This document shows positions 48,328 to 59,630 of a stretch of 64,000 nucleotides of DNA, piece after piece. The DNA is taken from positions 13,702,001-13,766,000 of the forward strand of contig JBHGNT010000002.1 of the NCBI GenBank assembly GCA_043228905.1, written 5' to 3'. Under the pieces are notes generated by a model. That model was given only the letters and a program-made list of their open reading frames with translations. It was not told where the DNA came from and ran no database searches. This DNA is from Azolla caroliniana. Lineage: Eukaryota; Plantae; Polypodiophyta. The translations under genes were made by a program, and so were the position numbers. Positions within the stretch are counted from its first letter, which is position 1; the number at the start of each line of letters is the position of its first letter.

Positions 48328-50543
48328 CCGGGATGGTTGGACATATTTCCTTTCGATCTTCTACTTGCACGATCCCCATATAATGCATGGTCTTCGAACT
48401 TTGGCGAATACTTGCAAGCCGCCCCCACACCTTTTGTAATGTGGGAGATAATTGGAGAAGTTGCGGCCATGTTATCCTTGCTCCACTTGATATCAACTCA
48501 TGTTTCCGATTGAAAGCTTCTAGTACACCTTCTCCCATAGGAATATCCTCCATCTTTATCTTCCTTTTGGAGTGTCTCCTTCTCAATTTCTCCTCTTCCT
48601 CATTCTCCTTAAACTTCTTCTTTTCTATCAAGGCACTAGATTCTCCATCAACTTCTTTCTCCTTTTGCGAGGCTCTTGTCCTTTTCACAAGAGCTACTTC
48701 ACAAGCACTATCACTATCATCAATAAAATTAAGAAGATTCACATTATGAGGAATTGTAGGAACCTGAGCCATAGGAAGTGTTATGGATTCGCCTCCTTTG
48801 ACTCCATTGTTGATAGCTCATTGTCCATTCCGTTGCACTTGATACATGCCTCTTCCCATGCCTCTTTGTTGTCGATGAGGACATCTTGTTGAGATGTGTA
48901 CCTCCTCTTGACAAGAATAACAAATTACACATTGATGCCCTCTAGAGCCACCACCATCGGGAATAGTGTTGTGAATTTCTTGGGATTGTCGCAAGTGGGC
49001 CATCACTTCATCAAAGCACCGATTCACCAATGCCATTGTATCTTGTGCACTCTTCACTTGTTCCACTTCTTGAGATATACTTGTTGAGTTTGTTGTTGTG
49101 GTGGTCCACACATTTGGAAACACTTATCCACTATGCACAATTGAAGATGAGGCTTGAAAGTTGGCACGAGGCATCAAATTTGCACCCAAAGCCGTCATTT
49201 GGGGGTATACCCCATTGAACTCATCATCTTCACTTGTCGATCGTAACCTTGACAAACTTGGAGAAGAGCTTGAAAAGTTGTTGGATCCTTCAAGCTTGCC
49301 TCCAAATGGAAATGCATATATCAAGGCCCATCTTGAATCGTTCCATCTTAAACCACTCATCTTCAATGCCACCACGAAGACGAATCCACATCGTCCACAA
49401 ATCCTTGAAATTTCTTTCATACTATATGAAACCAAAAGGTGATTCCATCTTTAGTCGAAAAAGCTCCTCTCTTACTTCCGTTTCACTTCGTCGTGGAATG
49501 TATCTAGAACGAAACTGGTGTACCAACAATTGATATTCTCCTTGTTCGTTTGGTGGAAGAGAGTCATACCAATCTCGAGCTTGACCATAGAATGTAGCTA
49601 CCAACAAGGGCAATTTTTCATTGTCGGTGACGCGTCCAATAGAGATGGCATGATGCTCAAAGGATGGCAAAAAAGCACCAGCATCTTGTGTTCTTTCACC
49701 CGAAAATGCGAACTGCATAGCTAAGTTAATGTAGTATAGTAACACAAAGAAAGGATAAGTCTCCCTCCTATACGGAAAGGATCGGCCCTCCCTGGAGCGC
49801 CAAAATGATAGGGTGTATAAGACAGATGATAGCCGTACACAATATGAGGGCTTGACCAAACCAATTAGATGGTGTTGTGAATTATAATAGATTATATAGA
49901 TCTAGGTAACTACGATTTAGAGAGGAAAACTCAAGAAATTAAGATAAAACGTAGGGAAGATGAGAGAGATAAGAATGTTATAATATTCCACTTCAAGTCA
50001 ATACAAAACGGATAAACTACACAATGAACTTAAAAACCAAAGACCTTCTTACTACCCATCACTCAAACCCACTACTAAGAACCATCTTCTTCCACTAAGA
50101 TACCTCTTCCTAAGACTCCTCTCCCTCTATTAGGATCCTTTCTCTATTAGTGTCAGAACCAAGGATAAAAGATAGAGTGATGGAAGAAGGATAGAGAAGA
50201 ATGGATGTATAAGATAGAGAAAGAAAGAGAATGGATACAAGATATGTAATGAGAGCTAAAGACTGGTGTTGATTCGAATTGATTTGAGAATACATGCATG
50301 CGCTTATTTATAGGTTCCTATAGAATAGCTTAGAGATTTCTAGAATGTTCTAGAATGTTCTAGACCTAGAATGCTCTAGGACATTCTAGAACATTCTAGA
50401 ATAATCTAGAGTTTTTACAATAATCAATGTAATACAAGAAGTGGCTTTTATTGTTTCATATAACAATAAGCTATCTTAATGGTTGAGGTTTTCAAGTATG
50501 AATTACAAGGTTCGAGGTTCAAGTCCGGGTGACGCCATAATGG

Positions 50544-53500
50544 TCATGTGTTCATGACACTATCCCTCCTTCGAGAACGCCGAGTGGAAGTCGGCGTTAA
50601 CATTGTTGGGCCGGGCTTGTTTGGATAGTGACGATGGAAGTCGTTGACCAGAGCTTCAGCATTACAAACGTTATCGATGGGTTCCCAAGTGCGATCACTC
50701 GGAGGATAACCAAGCCAATCAACTAGATAATAAAGCTTATTGTGCACAATCTTAGAATCGAGAATAGCAGCTACCTCGTATTTGGGGCCGTCCACAAGTT
50801 GTACAGAAGGCGGTGGTGGCACGACACGATCAGGAATTAAAGAGGTGTGGCAAGGTTCCAAAAGAGAGCTATGAAAGACAGGGTGAAGCCGCATATGTGC
50901 AGGAAGGTTAAGACGAAATGTTGCATCATTAATCTGCGCCGTGATGACAAAAGGACCTAAGCGTTGATAGTCAAGCTTAGCACACGGTCGGGTAGTCTTG
51001 ATGTGACGACGAAGCAACCATACATGGTCACCAACCTTAAACGGAGACTTAAGACGATGTCGATCGGCATTGGTCTTATGGTGTGCTTGCGCTTTTTGAA
51101 GATGTGACGATAACTCGAACTGGATTTGTTGTAGTCGGTGCAGGTGATGCGCCGCACTAGGGTTTCGTGACACCTCGGGAAGATCTAGTATACACCATCG
51201 AGGGTGGTTGCCGGTGTAGGCAAAGAAAGGTGTAACTTTGGTAGAGGAGTGGACCGTGTTGTTGTATGCAAACTCAGCAAGATGTAAAATTTTACTCCAA
51301 TCATCTTGTTGATAACTAATGAAACATCGAAGATATTGCTCGAGCGTCTGATTTGTGCGCTCTGTTTGTCCGTCAGTTTGTGGATGATAAGCCGAAGAGA
51401 GTTTGCAAAGATTTTGAGGCCTGCCCATAGGTGCTTCCAAAAGTGTGAGATAAATTGAGGACCTCGATCGCTAATAATATCATTCAGGAGACCATGATGG
51501 CAAACACTTCACGCATAATGAGATCTGCAGTTTCTTCACTATTGATGGTCTTTACACATGGTACAAAATGTGCCATCTTGGTGAACCGATCCACTACTGT
51601 TAAAATAGTATCAAAGCCTTTGGAAGGTGGCAGATCCGTAATGAAATCCATAGAAATAGACTGCCATGGCTTGTTGGGAGGGGGTAATGGTTGTAGTAAG
51701 CCATAAGGGTGATGCCGGGGTATTTTGGCGCGACAGCAGGTGTCACAAGTGCGAACATAATCTTCGACAAATTTTTGCAAGTGAGGCCACCAAAACGAAC
51801 GTTTCACCAGCTCAATGGTCTTGGAAATACCAAAATGTCCAGCCATGGGGGCATCATGACAATGTTCCAACACTTGAAGTCGGGGTGATCCGTCGGGGAC
51901 GTAAAGGAGATTCTTGTAGAAGAGTAAACCATCTTGCCACTTGAAGTCCTGATAATGTTGAGATGACCCTGGCAATGTGGAGCAAGATGGACGACTTGAA
52001 CCACAGTGGGCTAAGACATCTTTAGCAAAATCATCCGAATGAAGTTGTTGCCGAATAGTGTCAAGAAGGGTAGAATCAAGTGGTGTGGCATAAATTGTTG
52101 TTACCTGTAGCTTTGATGGCCCGAGGAGAGTTTGCTTTTGATTGTCAAAGGCCGGATCTCCAAGTCGAAGTGCTAGATACGAACGCCGAGACAGAGCATC
52201 TGCTTTCCCTTGTTGTTTTCCGGGGCGAAAAATGATCTTGAAATCGAAACGCGTTAGAAATTGGGCCCACCGAGCTTGTCGTCTATTTAATACTCGAGCT
52301 GTTTGAAAATATGTGAGATTTTTGTGATCACTATAAATGATAATCTGATGAGGTGATCCTTCTAGAAAATGACGCCATTGCTCGAATGAGTCGACCACAG
52401 CTAGTAACTCCTTGTCATGCACCTCATAGTTTATCTCCGAAACAGTAAACTTTCTCGAGTGAAACGCGACTGGATGTATCTGCCCGTCCTCGCCTGGTTG
52501 CGATAGGATACTCCCCAATGCAAAGTCTGATGCATCCGCCTCAATAGTAAATGGCTTTTCAGGATCAATATGTGCTAGGATGGGTGCTGATGTGAATGCC
52601 TCTTTTAGCTGCGTAAAAGCCTTGTCCGCTTCGATACTCCAAAAAAATGCTTGATTTTTCTTGGTGAGTTGAGTAAGGGGCAACACAATGCTTGAATAAT
52701 TATGTATGAATTTGCGATAGAAGTTCGCAAATCCGAGGAAACACTGGACATCCCGAACTGAGCATGGGGGTTTCCATTCCAATATTGTTTGGACTTTTGC
52801 CGGGTCCATGAAAACACCCTGGGATGAAATAGTGTATCCCAAAAATTCGACTTGTTTGCAATCAAAACTGCATTTCTCAAGTTTGGCGTAAAGACCATAC
52901 TTCCTTAGGCGTTCAAGTACTTGCCGCACATGTATATCATGCTCCCCCTGTGTTTTAGAGTAAATCAATAGATCATCTAGGTAAATGATTAGAAAAATAT
53001 CCAAGAAATCCCGGAAGATGTCATTTGCCATATGTTGGAATACGGCAGGTGCATTTGTGAGCCCGAAAGGCATGACTGTATACTCAAAATGACCATACCG
53101 AGTACGAAATGTTGTTTTCCACTCATCTCCCGGCCGAATTCGAACAAGATTATATGCACCCCTTAGATCAATTTTGGTAAAATGCTTTGCCCCACCAATG
53201 CGTTCTAAGAGATTGGAGATTAAAGGTAAAGCATACCTATTCCTTATGGTGACTTTATTTAAGCCTCGATAGTCCACGACCAAACGAAGGGAGCCGTCCT
53301 TTTTCTTCACAAAAAAGATAGGAGCACCAGCTGGAGACTTTGAATGTCGAATAAACCCATGTGCAAGATTTTCCTCGATGTATTCTCGAAGAACCTTAAG
53401 CTCAGTGGGTGATAAATTGTAAATCGGACGCCACGGAGGCTCTTTTCCTGGTTGGAGATCAATAGGACAGTCGTACGGCCGATGCTTTGGAAGAACACTA

Positions 53501-54171
53501 GCTTTGACTTTGTCGAAAACATCAGCATAGTCTTGATATTTTTTGGGAATTTGGATGTCTGAATTCCCTTGAGTGACACTAGAAGGTGTCACTGATACTG
53601 CAAATAAGAAAAGGTCCTCCTTGCCTCCCACTTGGTGCAATTGTTGCAATGTGATGGCTGAAATTTGATGAGAAGGATATGGTGCATCGGTAGAACTATA
53701 TACTTTGGGAGGATAATCCCGAGTTCGATCCTTGACAATGATATTTTCTACTAAAGGGCACCTAATTTCTCGCTTCCTCCAATCGATTCTAGGGTTATGT
53801 AGCTCGAACCATGGCAAACCGAGGACAATTGGATGCTCAGGACTATGGATTATGTTAAAGGAAACTACACATCCTAAATCACCCAAGAGTATGTGTATTG
53901 GCTCAGACTCTTCAAATATCTTCCCGGAAGCTATGGGGCGTCCATCAATCACTACTACGGAAACTGGACAAGGAAGTGTATGCAAGGATATTTGGTGTTT
54001 TTGGGCAAAATCTCTATCCATGAAACAAGAATTGGGTCCAATATCCAAGAGGGCTTGGACTTGAAGTTGACAACTGGGTGTCCTAACTTGTACTAGGGCT
54101 GAGAAGACTCTACTAACATGCTTGGAAGAAATGGAACCCACACTAGGTTGTACATATCTAGGGTTGTCCAA
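50544..54171 (-). pseudogene. pol: pol of the chromovirus (PR-RT-RH-INT-chromodomain) with a frameshift near 51500
   Basis: 895-aa and 298-aa ORFs; YLDD, ADAS, HDAPMAGHFG, SMDFIT, YHPQTDGQTER, YEVAAILDS...YLVDWLGY...TWEP. Confidence 0.93.
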
Positions 54172-54197
54172 CCAAATGGCTCCTATTTTGGCCGGAC

Positions 54198-55361
54198 TTA
54201 TTCGTTTGACTCCTCTTCTAATTGGCTTAGGACTTCAAATTTATTGGACAAGGGTGGATTATTCATAATATTAGATTCACTAACTACTTCTAAAATGTTG
54301 GACTCATTTTTATTGTCATAGTGAATTTGATTTACCTGACGTCTCGGCCTATGGGAGCAATGAATGGCTATATGTCCTGGACCTCCACAATATAAGCACA
54401 GATGGTTTGCTCGACGACGTTGCTTCTCTTCGTCTGACAACGGTCCTCGTCGTTGAGTCATATCGATCTCCATGGGTGTAGGACTATCCATTGGGACTGG
54501 ACTACGTGTTTGCCTTGGAATTGGAGCAGGGCTATACATTTGCCTTGGGGATGATTGCGCCGTTACTGATGCATAAGTTGGTGTGAATCTAGATCTTGTT
54601 ATTTGTTGTTGTCGCTCACATCGACGCTCAAAAAGGCGATTATCACACCGTATTGCTCGACTAATAGCTTCTGTAAGTGACCTTGGATCCTCGGGGAAGG
54701 TAAGAAGTAAGTCTTTGACATCACTATGAAGGCCTGAACGGAATTGCTCCATTAGGGCTTGTTCATCCCAAGGAATATCGCTTGCGATGAGACGGAAATT
54801 GGCAGCATATGTTGAAGCTGGTTGATCACCTTGACGAAGTGTACGAATCTTGTTGATAGCTGTTCTCGCCCCATCAGTATCTCCGAAACAAGCCTTAAAT
54901 TCCTTGATAAATTCCTCGAAATTATTCAGTAGAGGAGAATTGGTCTCTAGCAATGGAGCAAACCATGACAACGCTATGCCAGTCAATAAAGTGCCCACTA
55001 GCCCGACTCGTGATGCATCTGTTGGATAACGTGCGGGATGCATTTGAATCACCAACCGTACTTGATTCAAAAAACCTCGGAAATGCGCCCTCGACCCATC
55101 AAATTTAGCTGGGAGGCTAATTTTGGGCTCCTTGATAAGTCCCTGACCTTCAACCCTTTGTTGTTGTAACACGACGATTGTCGACTCTAACTGTTGCACT
55201 CGTCGCGTGAACTCCTCTTGTTGTTGTTGCTTCTCTATAGTAACCTTTTGTAGATCCCCAAGTAGACGTTGATTCTCTACTTCAAGAGATGCGAACTTGG
55301 ATTTAAGGTTCTCCATTTCTGCAACAAGGGTGAGATATTCTTCTGAGTTAATGGCAGCCAT
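54198..55361 (-). CDS. gag: gag of the chromovirus (PEG10/RTL-like capsid with CCHC knuckle)
   Basis: 387-aa open ORF: PKISLPAKFDGSR, LRQG, PMEID, CLYCGGPGHIAIHC. Confidence 0.92.
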   Translation of the reverse strand: MAAINSEEYLTLVAEMENLKSKFASLEVENQRLLGDLQKVTIEKQQQQEEFTRRVQQLESTIVVLQQQRVEGQGLIKEPKISLPAKFDGSRAHFRGFLNQVRLVIQMHPARYPTDASRVGLVGTLLTGIALSWFAPLLETNSPLLNNFEEFIKEFKACFGDTDGARTAINKIRTLRQGDQPASTYAANFRLIASDIPWDEQALMEQFRSGLHSDVKDLLLTFPEDPRSLTEAISRAIRCDNRLFERRCERQQQITRSRFTPTYASVTAQSSPRQMYSPAPIPRQTRSPVPMDSPTPMEIDMTQRRGPLSDEEKQRRRANHLCLYCGGPGHIAIHCSHRPRRQVNQIHYDNKNESNILEVVSESNIMNNPPLSNKFEVLSQLEEESNE

Positions 55362-55411
55362 GGTTTCAGGATGGTTACAAAGGAGGATAAGAGAGAGAGA
55401 GAGAGTGAGAG

Positions 55412-55423
55412 AATTCGAATCAA
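55412..55423 (-). promoter_or_regulatory. Self-priming type PBS, complementary to the element's own predicted transcript 5' end
   Basis: Minus-strand TTGATTCGAATT, 2 nt from the LTR, is the reverse complement of LTR 55544-55555 (-), which lies about 32 nt downstream of the TATA. Confidence 0.8.
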
Positions 55424-55612
55424 ACTGTCAGAACCAAGGATAAAAGATAGAGTGATGGAAGAAGGATAGAGAAGAATGGATGTATAAGATAGAGAAAGAA
55501 AGAGAATGGATACAAGATATGTAATGAGAGCTAAAGACTGGTGTTGATTCGAATTGATTTGAGAATACATGTATGCGCTTATTTATAGGTTCCTATAGAA
55601 TAGCTTAGAGAT

Positions 55613-55676
55613 TTCTAGAATGTTCTAGAATGTTCTAGACCTAGAATGCTCTAGGACATTCTAGAACATTCTAGAA
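55613..55676. promoter_or_regulatory. Heat-shock element array in U3 of the chromovirus 5' LTR (copy at 50338-50401)
   Basis: TTCtaGAAtgTTCtaGAAtgTTC and TTCtaGAAcaTTCtaGAA, about 25-90 bp upstream of the minus-strand TATAAATA. Confidence 0.75.
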
Positions 55677-56253
55677 TAATCTAGAGTTTTTACAATAATC
55701 AATGTAATACAAGAAGTGGCTTTTATTGTTTCATATAACAATAAGCTATCTTAATGGTTGAGGTTTTCAAGTATGAATTACAAGGTTCGAGGTTCAAGTC
55801 CGGGTGACACCATAATGGTCATGTGTTCATGACAATTAGGTCTCTTACTTTTACTTTTGCCTTCTTCCTAAGGTCTTGGTTCGTGTTCTTAGCCTCCAAA
55901 AGTGAATTATCCATACTTGATATTCTTCTAATGTTCAATGGCTTAGATTCTAAAAACACTTTCACATATACAAATGTCCTACATAACACTTTTTATACAA
56001 GTCCTTAAAAGCATTGACAGAAGTACTGACATGTACTTCAATGCTCATATGAGCGACTGATACTAACTCTAAGGAATATGTCTACGTACCAGGCTCGGAC
56101 CGTAGGCTCCACCAGCCTACTAGTTCTCACTATTCCAGAGTACGATCCAGGTCTCCGGTTCCGCTCTAGGTTACAGATACCAATATATCTTGACAGCTAT
56201 TCGGTTCTCAGTTTCGGATCCAGTTGAGCTTGCCCGCTCAATAGGTTGAATCA

Positions 56254-56503
56254 CCATGGTCACTTCTTCGAGGACAAGGTCCGGTTGATTGCCAGTAGGC
56301 ATACAGACAGGAGGATGTTTATCCTTGAAACAAATGATGCTGGTGCCGCAATGTTTGCAAAAGGATATAAGGTTGTATCCTGCATCAACCTGTTGCACAA
56401 GCGAGCCGGCCACATAAACTATCCGAAGCTTCAAGAGTTGTAGTCGAAACACGTTATATTCGGACAACCGAAGTTCAGCGGCTGAAGAGGCCAAGTATGT
56501 GAA
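56254..56503 (+). mobile_element. Ty1/copia GAG-pre-integrase fragment
   Basis: RMFILETN...LLHKRAGHINYPKLQEL. Confidence 0.65.
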
Positions 56504-57048
56504 AGTTAATCTGTCGACAATCGACTACTGTAACCGACAACCACAATGGGTCGAACTTCAACTCTGAATGTTCGGTCAAGAAGGTTGTGGTAAGGAATTA
56601 GATTGGTCAACACTAGTACCAAACTCAGAGACTAATACACAAAAAATAGCTATTATGGTTAACCTGCACTGATGATCGACTATTCGTTGTAATATAATTA
56701 TGTAGCAGAGAATGTAGTCGAATGTTTGACACAGAAACAATTAGAGATATAAGGCAGAGTAGTCGACACAACAGATACACTAACTACTAAACTTATATTA
56801 CTCCAAAATAGAATGATAACATTTACCATGCTCTTGATCCCTTTTTATTGGTTACACTTGCCCTCTTTGGCAAGAACTATAACGAAACTGTTCTAACTAA
56901 CCTACTATATATTTTTTACTTGGCGAAATTATATTAATTCTCTTTTAGTTTTATCCTTTCTCTTCCAACCTCCGACTCCTGTTCACATTGTCGACTGCAA
57001 ACATTGCCGAATCTGACCTCCCGACACTAGATAGCCGACCAACTAACA

Positions 57049-57089
57049 CTTGGCACACCCGTGGGATAGTGCCTTGCACGTTCGAACCC
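57049..57089 (-). promoter_or_regulatory. tRNA-Arg-like conserved motif in the polypurine-tract position of E2
   Basis: Minus strand GGGTTCGA-ACGTGCAAGGCACTA-TCCCACGGGTGTGCCA-AG followed by LTR TGTTAG. Confidence 0.7.
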
Positions 57090-57099
57090 TACCCTTACT

Positions 57100-59630
57100 C
57101 CTGGTCGTGGACATCATCAAGGTTGGTGGTGTCGCCAACGTCATCACTTACCTCTTTGTTTAGGATGTCGAACAATGTTTGTTCATTTTCAGCTCTTCTA
57201 TCGGCATCAGTCGTATGGTGTTCCCATTCCGGCCTATGCATGCATGGATTGCGCCTTTGCCTGCTCCGGCTCCGTGGTGTCCTTAGCGTCGCTTACTAGA
57301 ACTGTGTGTCTCGAGTCAGTTGGAGATGGTGGTATGTTGGTGTTAGGCCCTAATTCTCCAGTCTGTTGTCGGCGCTCTCGTTCATATGCATCCAGTTGTA
57401 CAACAGTGTCGATCCGATGGTCATCATATTCTTCCATAAGGCGTGTAATCTCCTCTCGGTGGCTTGCAGCAAGCTTGTAGATATCCTGGGACAGGTCTTC
57501 CTAGACGATGGTTATGGTTGCATCATCCATCTTGAAGAAACCTGTGCCTTGCTTTTTCCTGTTTTCTTGGTCGGCTTGGAGAACTGCTTGCTTCGACCAC
57601 GTTTTCCAGCCTTTTTCTAGAGAGTCGATTACCATTCTCTGTGTTCGAGCCTTGTGTGCTGACAAAATGAGACACATTTTCTCCTCACCCATGGCTCACT
57701 TTACACTGCATTGTGGTTAACTCTTTTCGCATTTCAGCCAGACGAGCTTCTGCTGATCCTTGGTCAAACATTAGCTTCGCCTTTTCCACTAGTAATGCCA
57801 GTCGTTGTTCTTCATACTTGGCCTCGAGCGCACTGTATTTCTTGGTTAGTTCATTTTTCTCTAGGTTGAGCTGTGATTTGTGTTGCTCGTACTCCGTATG
57901 CATCTCCGTCTTCTCGAACACTAGCTTAGCCATTTGGTCGGCATAATATTCCTCCTGAACATGAACATACTGCCCAAACTCCTCGACCTTTTCCTTCTCT
58001 TGCTTCATCTCCTCCCTTGCCTTCTACCTTATGTTTCAGAGTGTGTATTGCTTCATCCTTAGCATCCAATAGGGACCCTAGCTTGGTCTTCGCTAACTGC
58101 ATACGGTCCTCCATTTTCTTCACTTTCGCCTCGGATTCTTCCGTTCTTTGATTGGCCCATTCGACCTCCTTCTCGGTACCATGCAATTGATCCCATAATT
58201 GTTTGTCCGGTACATGCAGGATCCTAGCAAAATAACAATTTTGCATATGGTCGTTGACTTCTTTCATCTTCGCTTCCATCTATTGGAGTCGATCCGAAAG
58301 TTTCTCATTATTCTTTTGTAGTGTCGACCATTGTGTATGCAGGTGGTTAGCTGAAATTGTCGTTCTTTTGCATGCTTCTGCCTATGGAATTTGACAAGGG
58401 CCATGTGCAGAGGAGGCATTTGAATCGCCTGACCCTTATTTCTCGCATCGAGTTGCCGATCGATTCTTTGCAGTTCTCTTTCCTCTTCAGGCTCAATAAT
58501 CCCAAGCATGGCCTTCTGGATCATCTCCTGATCCTTGTGTTCTTGGGACAATAGGTCGGACGCGTACTGTAATCATTTAGCAAGCCAATCCACCAGCTCG
58601 TAAGATGTCTTGAATTGTAGAAGGGCAGCAAATTCATGGGTTCGTTGGTGGTATCTCTCGCAATCCAAGGACTTCATTCAAGGACATTAACGATGCTTTT
58701 CCCTTCGCCAAACATATTCCTTGATCCTATTCAACTGTGTCAACAGTCGACGCTTCAGTACGCAACGGTCGTTCATCTGCTTGGTAGGCATCGACCCTTT
58801 GTTTCTTGGTCGGCCGATTCTCCTCTTGCGGTTGTTCACATTGAGTGTGCTAGCTCTATTGCTTTTTCCTTAATTTCTTTGCTTGTGGTTGTGGTTGTGG
58901 CTATTTTGACATGGTGGTTGTCGGCTCTTGATGTTGCTGGGTGTCGGGGTCAGGGTTCAGGGTCAGCTCCGGTTGCTGTTGGGTTTTAGATGGTGTTTGG
59001 TGTGTCGGTTCTGATTCCTGCCACTCTTCTCGTGGGATTATTCTCCGGACCAATGGTGTCGATGCCGATCTTGACGAGTGCCCCTTTTCCTTTCTTGGGG
59101 TCTTACGCTAGTTCCTGGCGCTGGGTGTCAGACATAATACTGTAAGCCGTCGAGCAAAAATTGGCTTCATAGACTTCCCATTCTGCACCCCATGCAACTG
59201 CTCTTGGAGTGTGATACCCATGATATACCCCCAATTGATTGTTTCCCCTTCATATCTTCATATGTCGCGATTATGAACCCAACCCTAGCTCGGACTGACA
59301 CAAGTGACCTCCAAAAGAAATTTTGCCACATCATGGAAAAATAGGTCATCCCCTCCTTAAGTTCTTTAAGCCTTTGCGGATGGAGAATAGTCACCAAAAT
59401 ATGACTTTAGAATGTCTTCTTTGAGAGTATCTATTTCATCATACCCCTCTTTTCTCAGATTAAGGAACCGATGCACCTATTTGTTAGTGATTTTGTCATC
59501 ATCAATTTGTTTGACTATGTCTTTTGCGTGTGGGTGGGGTTCTACATCTGCCATTTGGAGATACCCTTCTAGGTCTTTCTTCTTTCTTTAGCCATCATCA
59601 TAGTCGCTCTGATACCTGCATCGGCATGTC
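57100..59630 (-). pseudogene. Extra 3' ORF (ORF3) of E2, coiled-coil, disrupted
   Basis: WLKKEKDLEGYLQMADVEPH...SYFGDYS...GGDDLFF aligns by eye with E1 WLRQHGLEGFLTIMEAAPH...KYFGEYS...GGEDMLF. Confidence 0.7.

Larger units (their letters stand above)
50151..55834 (-). mobile_element. Full-length Tcn1/Tf1-like chromovirus (Ty3/gypsy), recent insertion, TSD ATTAG
   Basis: 409-bp LTRs at 50151-50559 and 55426-55834 differing at 2 positions; ATTAG at 50146-50150 and 55835-55839; PPT at 50560-50572; C-terminal chromodomain. Confidence 0.96.
46939..56253 (-). mobile_element. Degraded Ty3/gypsy element (gag, PR, deleted RT) whose 5' LTR (from 49806, right end about 56253, uncertain) is split by the chromovirus
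   Basis: gag-like GQARDWYDSL, knuckle CYSCQEEVHISTRC, PR ALVNSG, RT remnant VSPIVLVPKKN; PBS TGGCGCTCCAGGGAGGG at 49786-49802 (tRNA-Asn-like, tentative). Confidence 0.7.
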
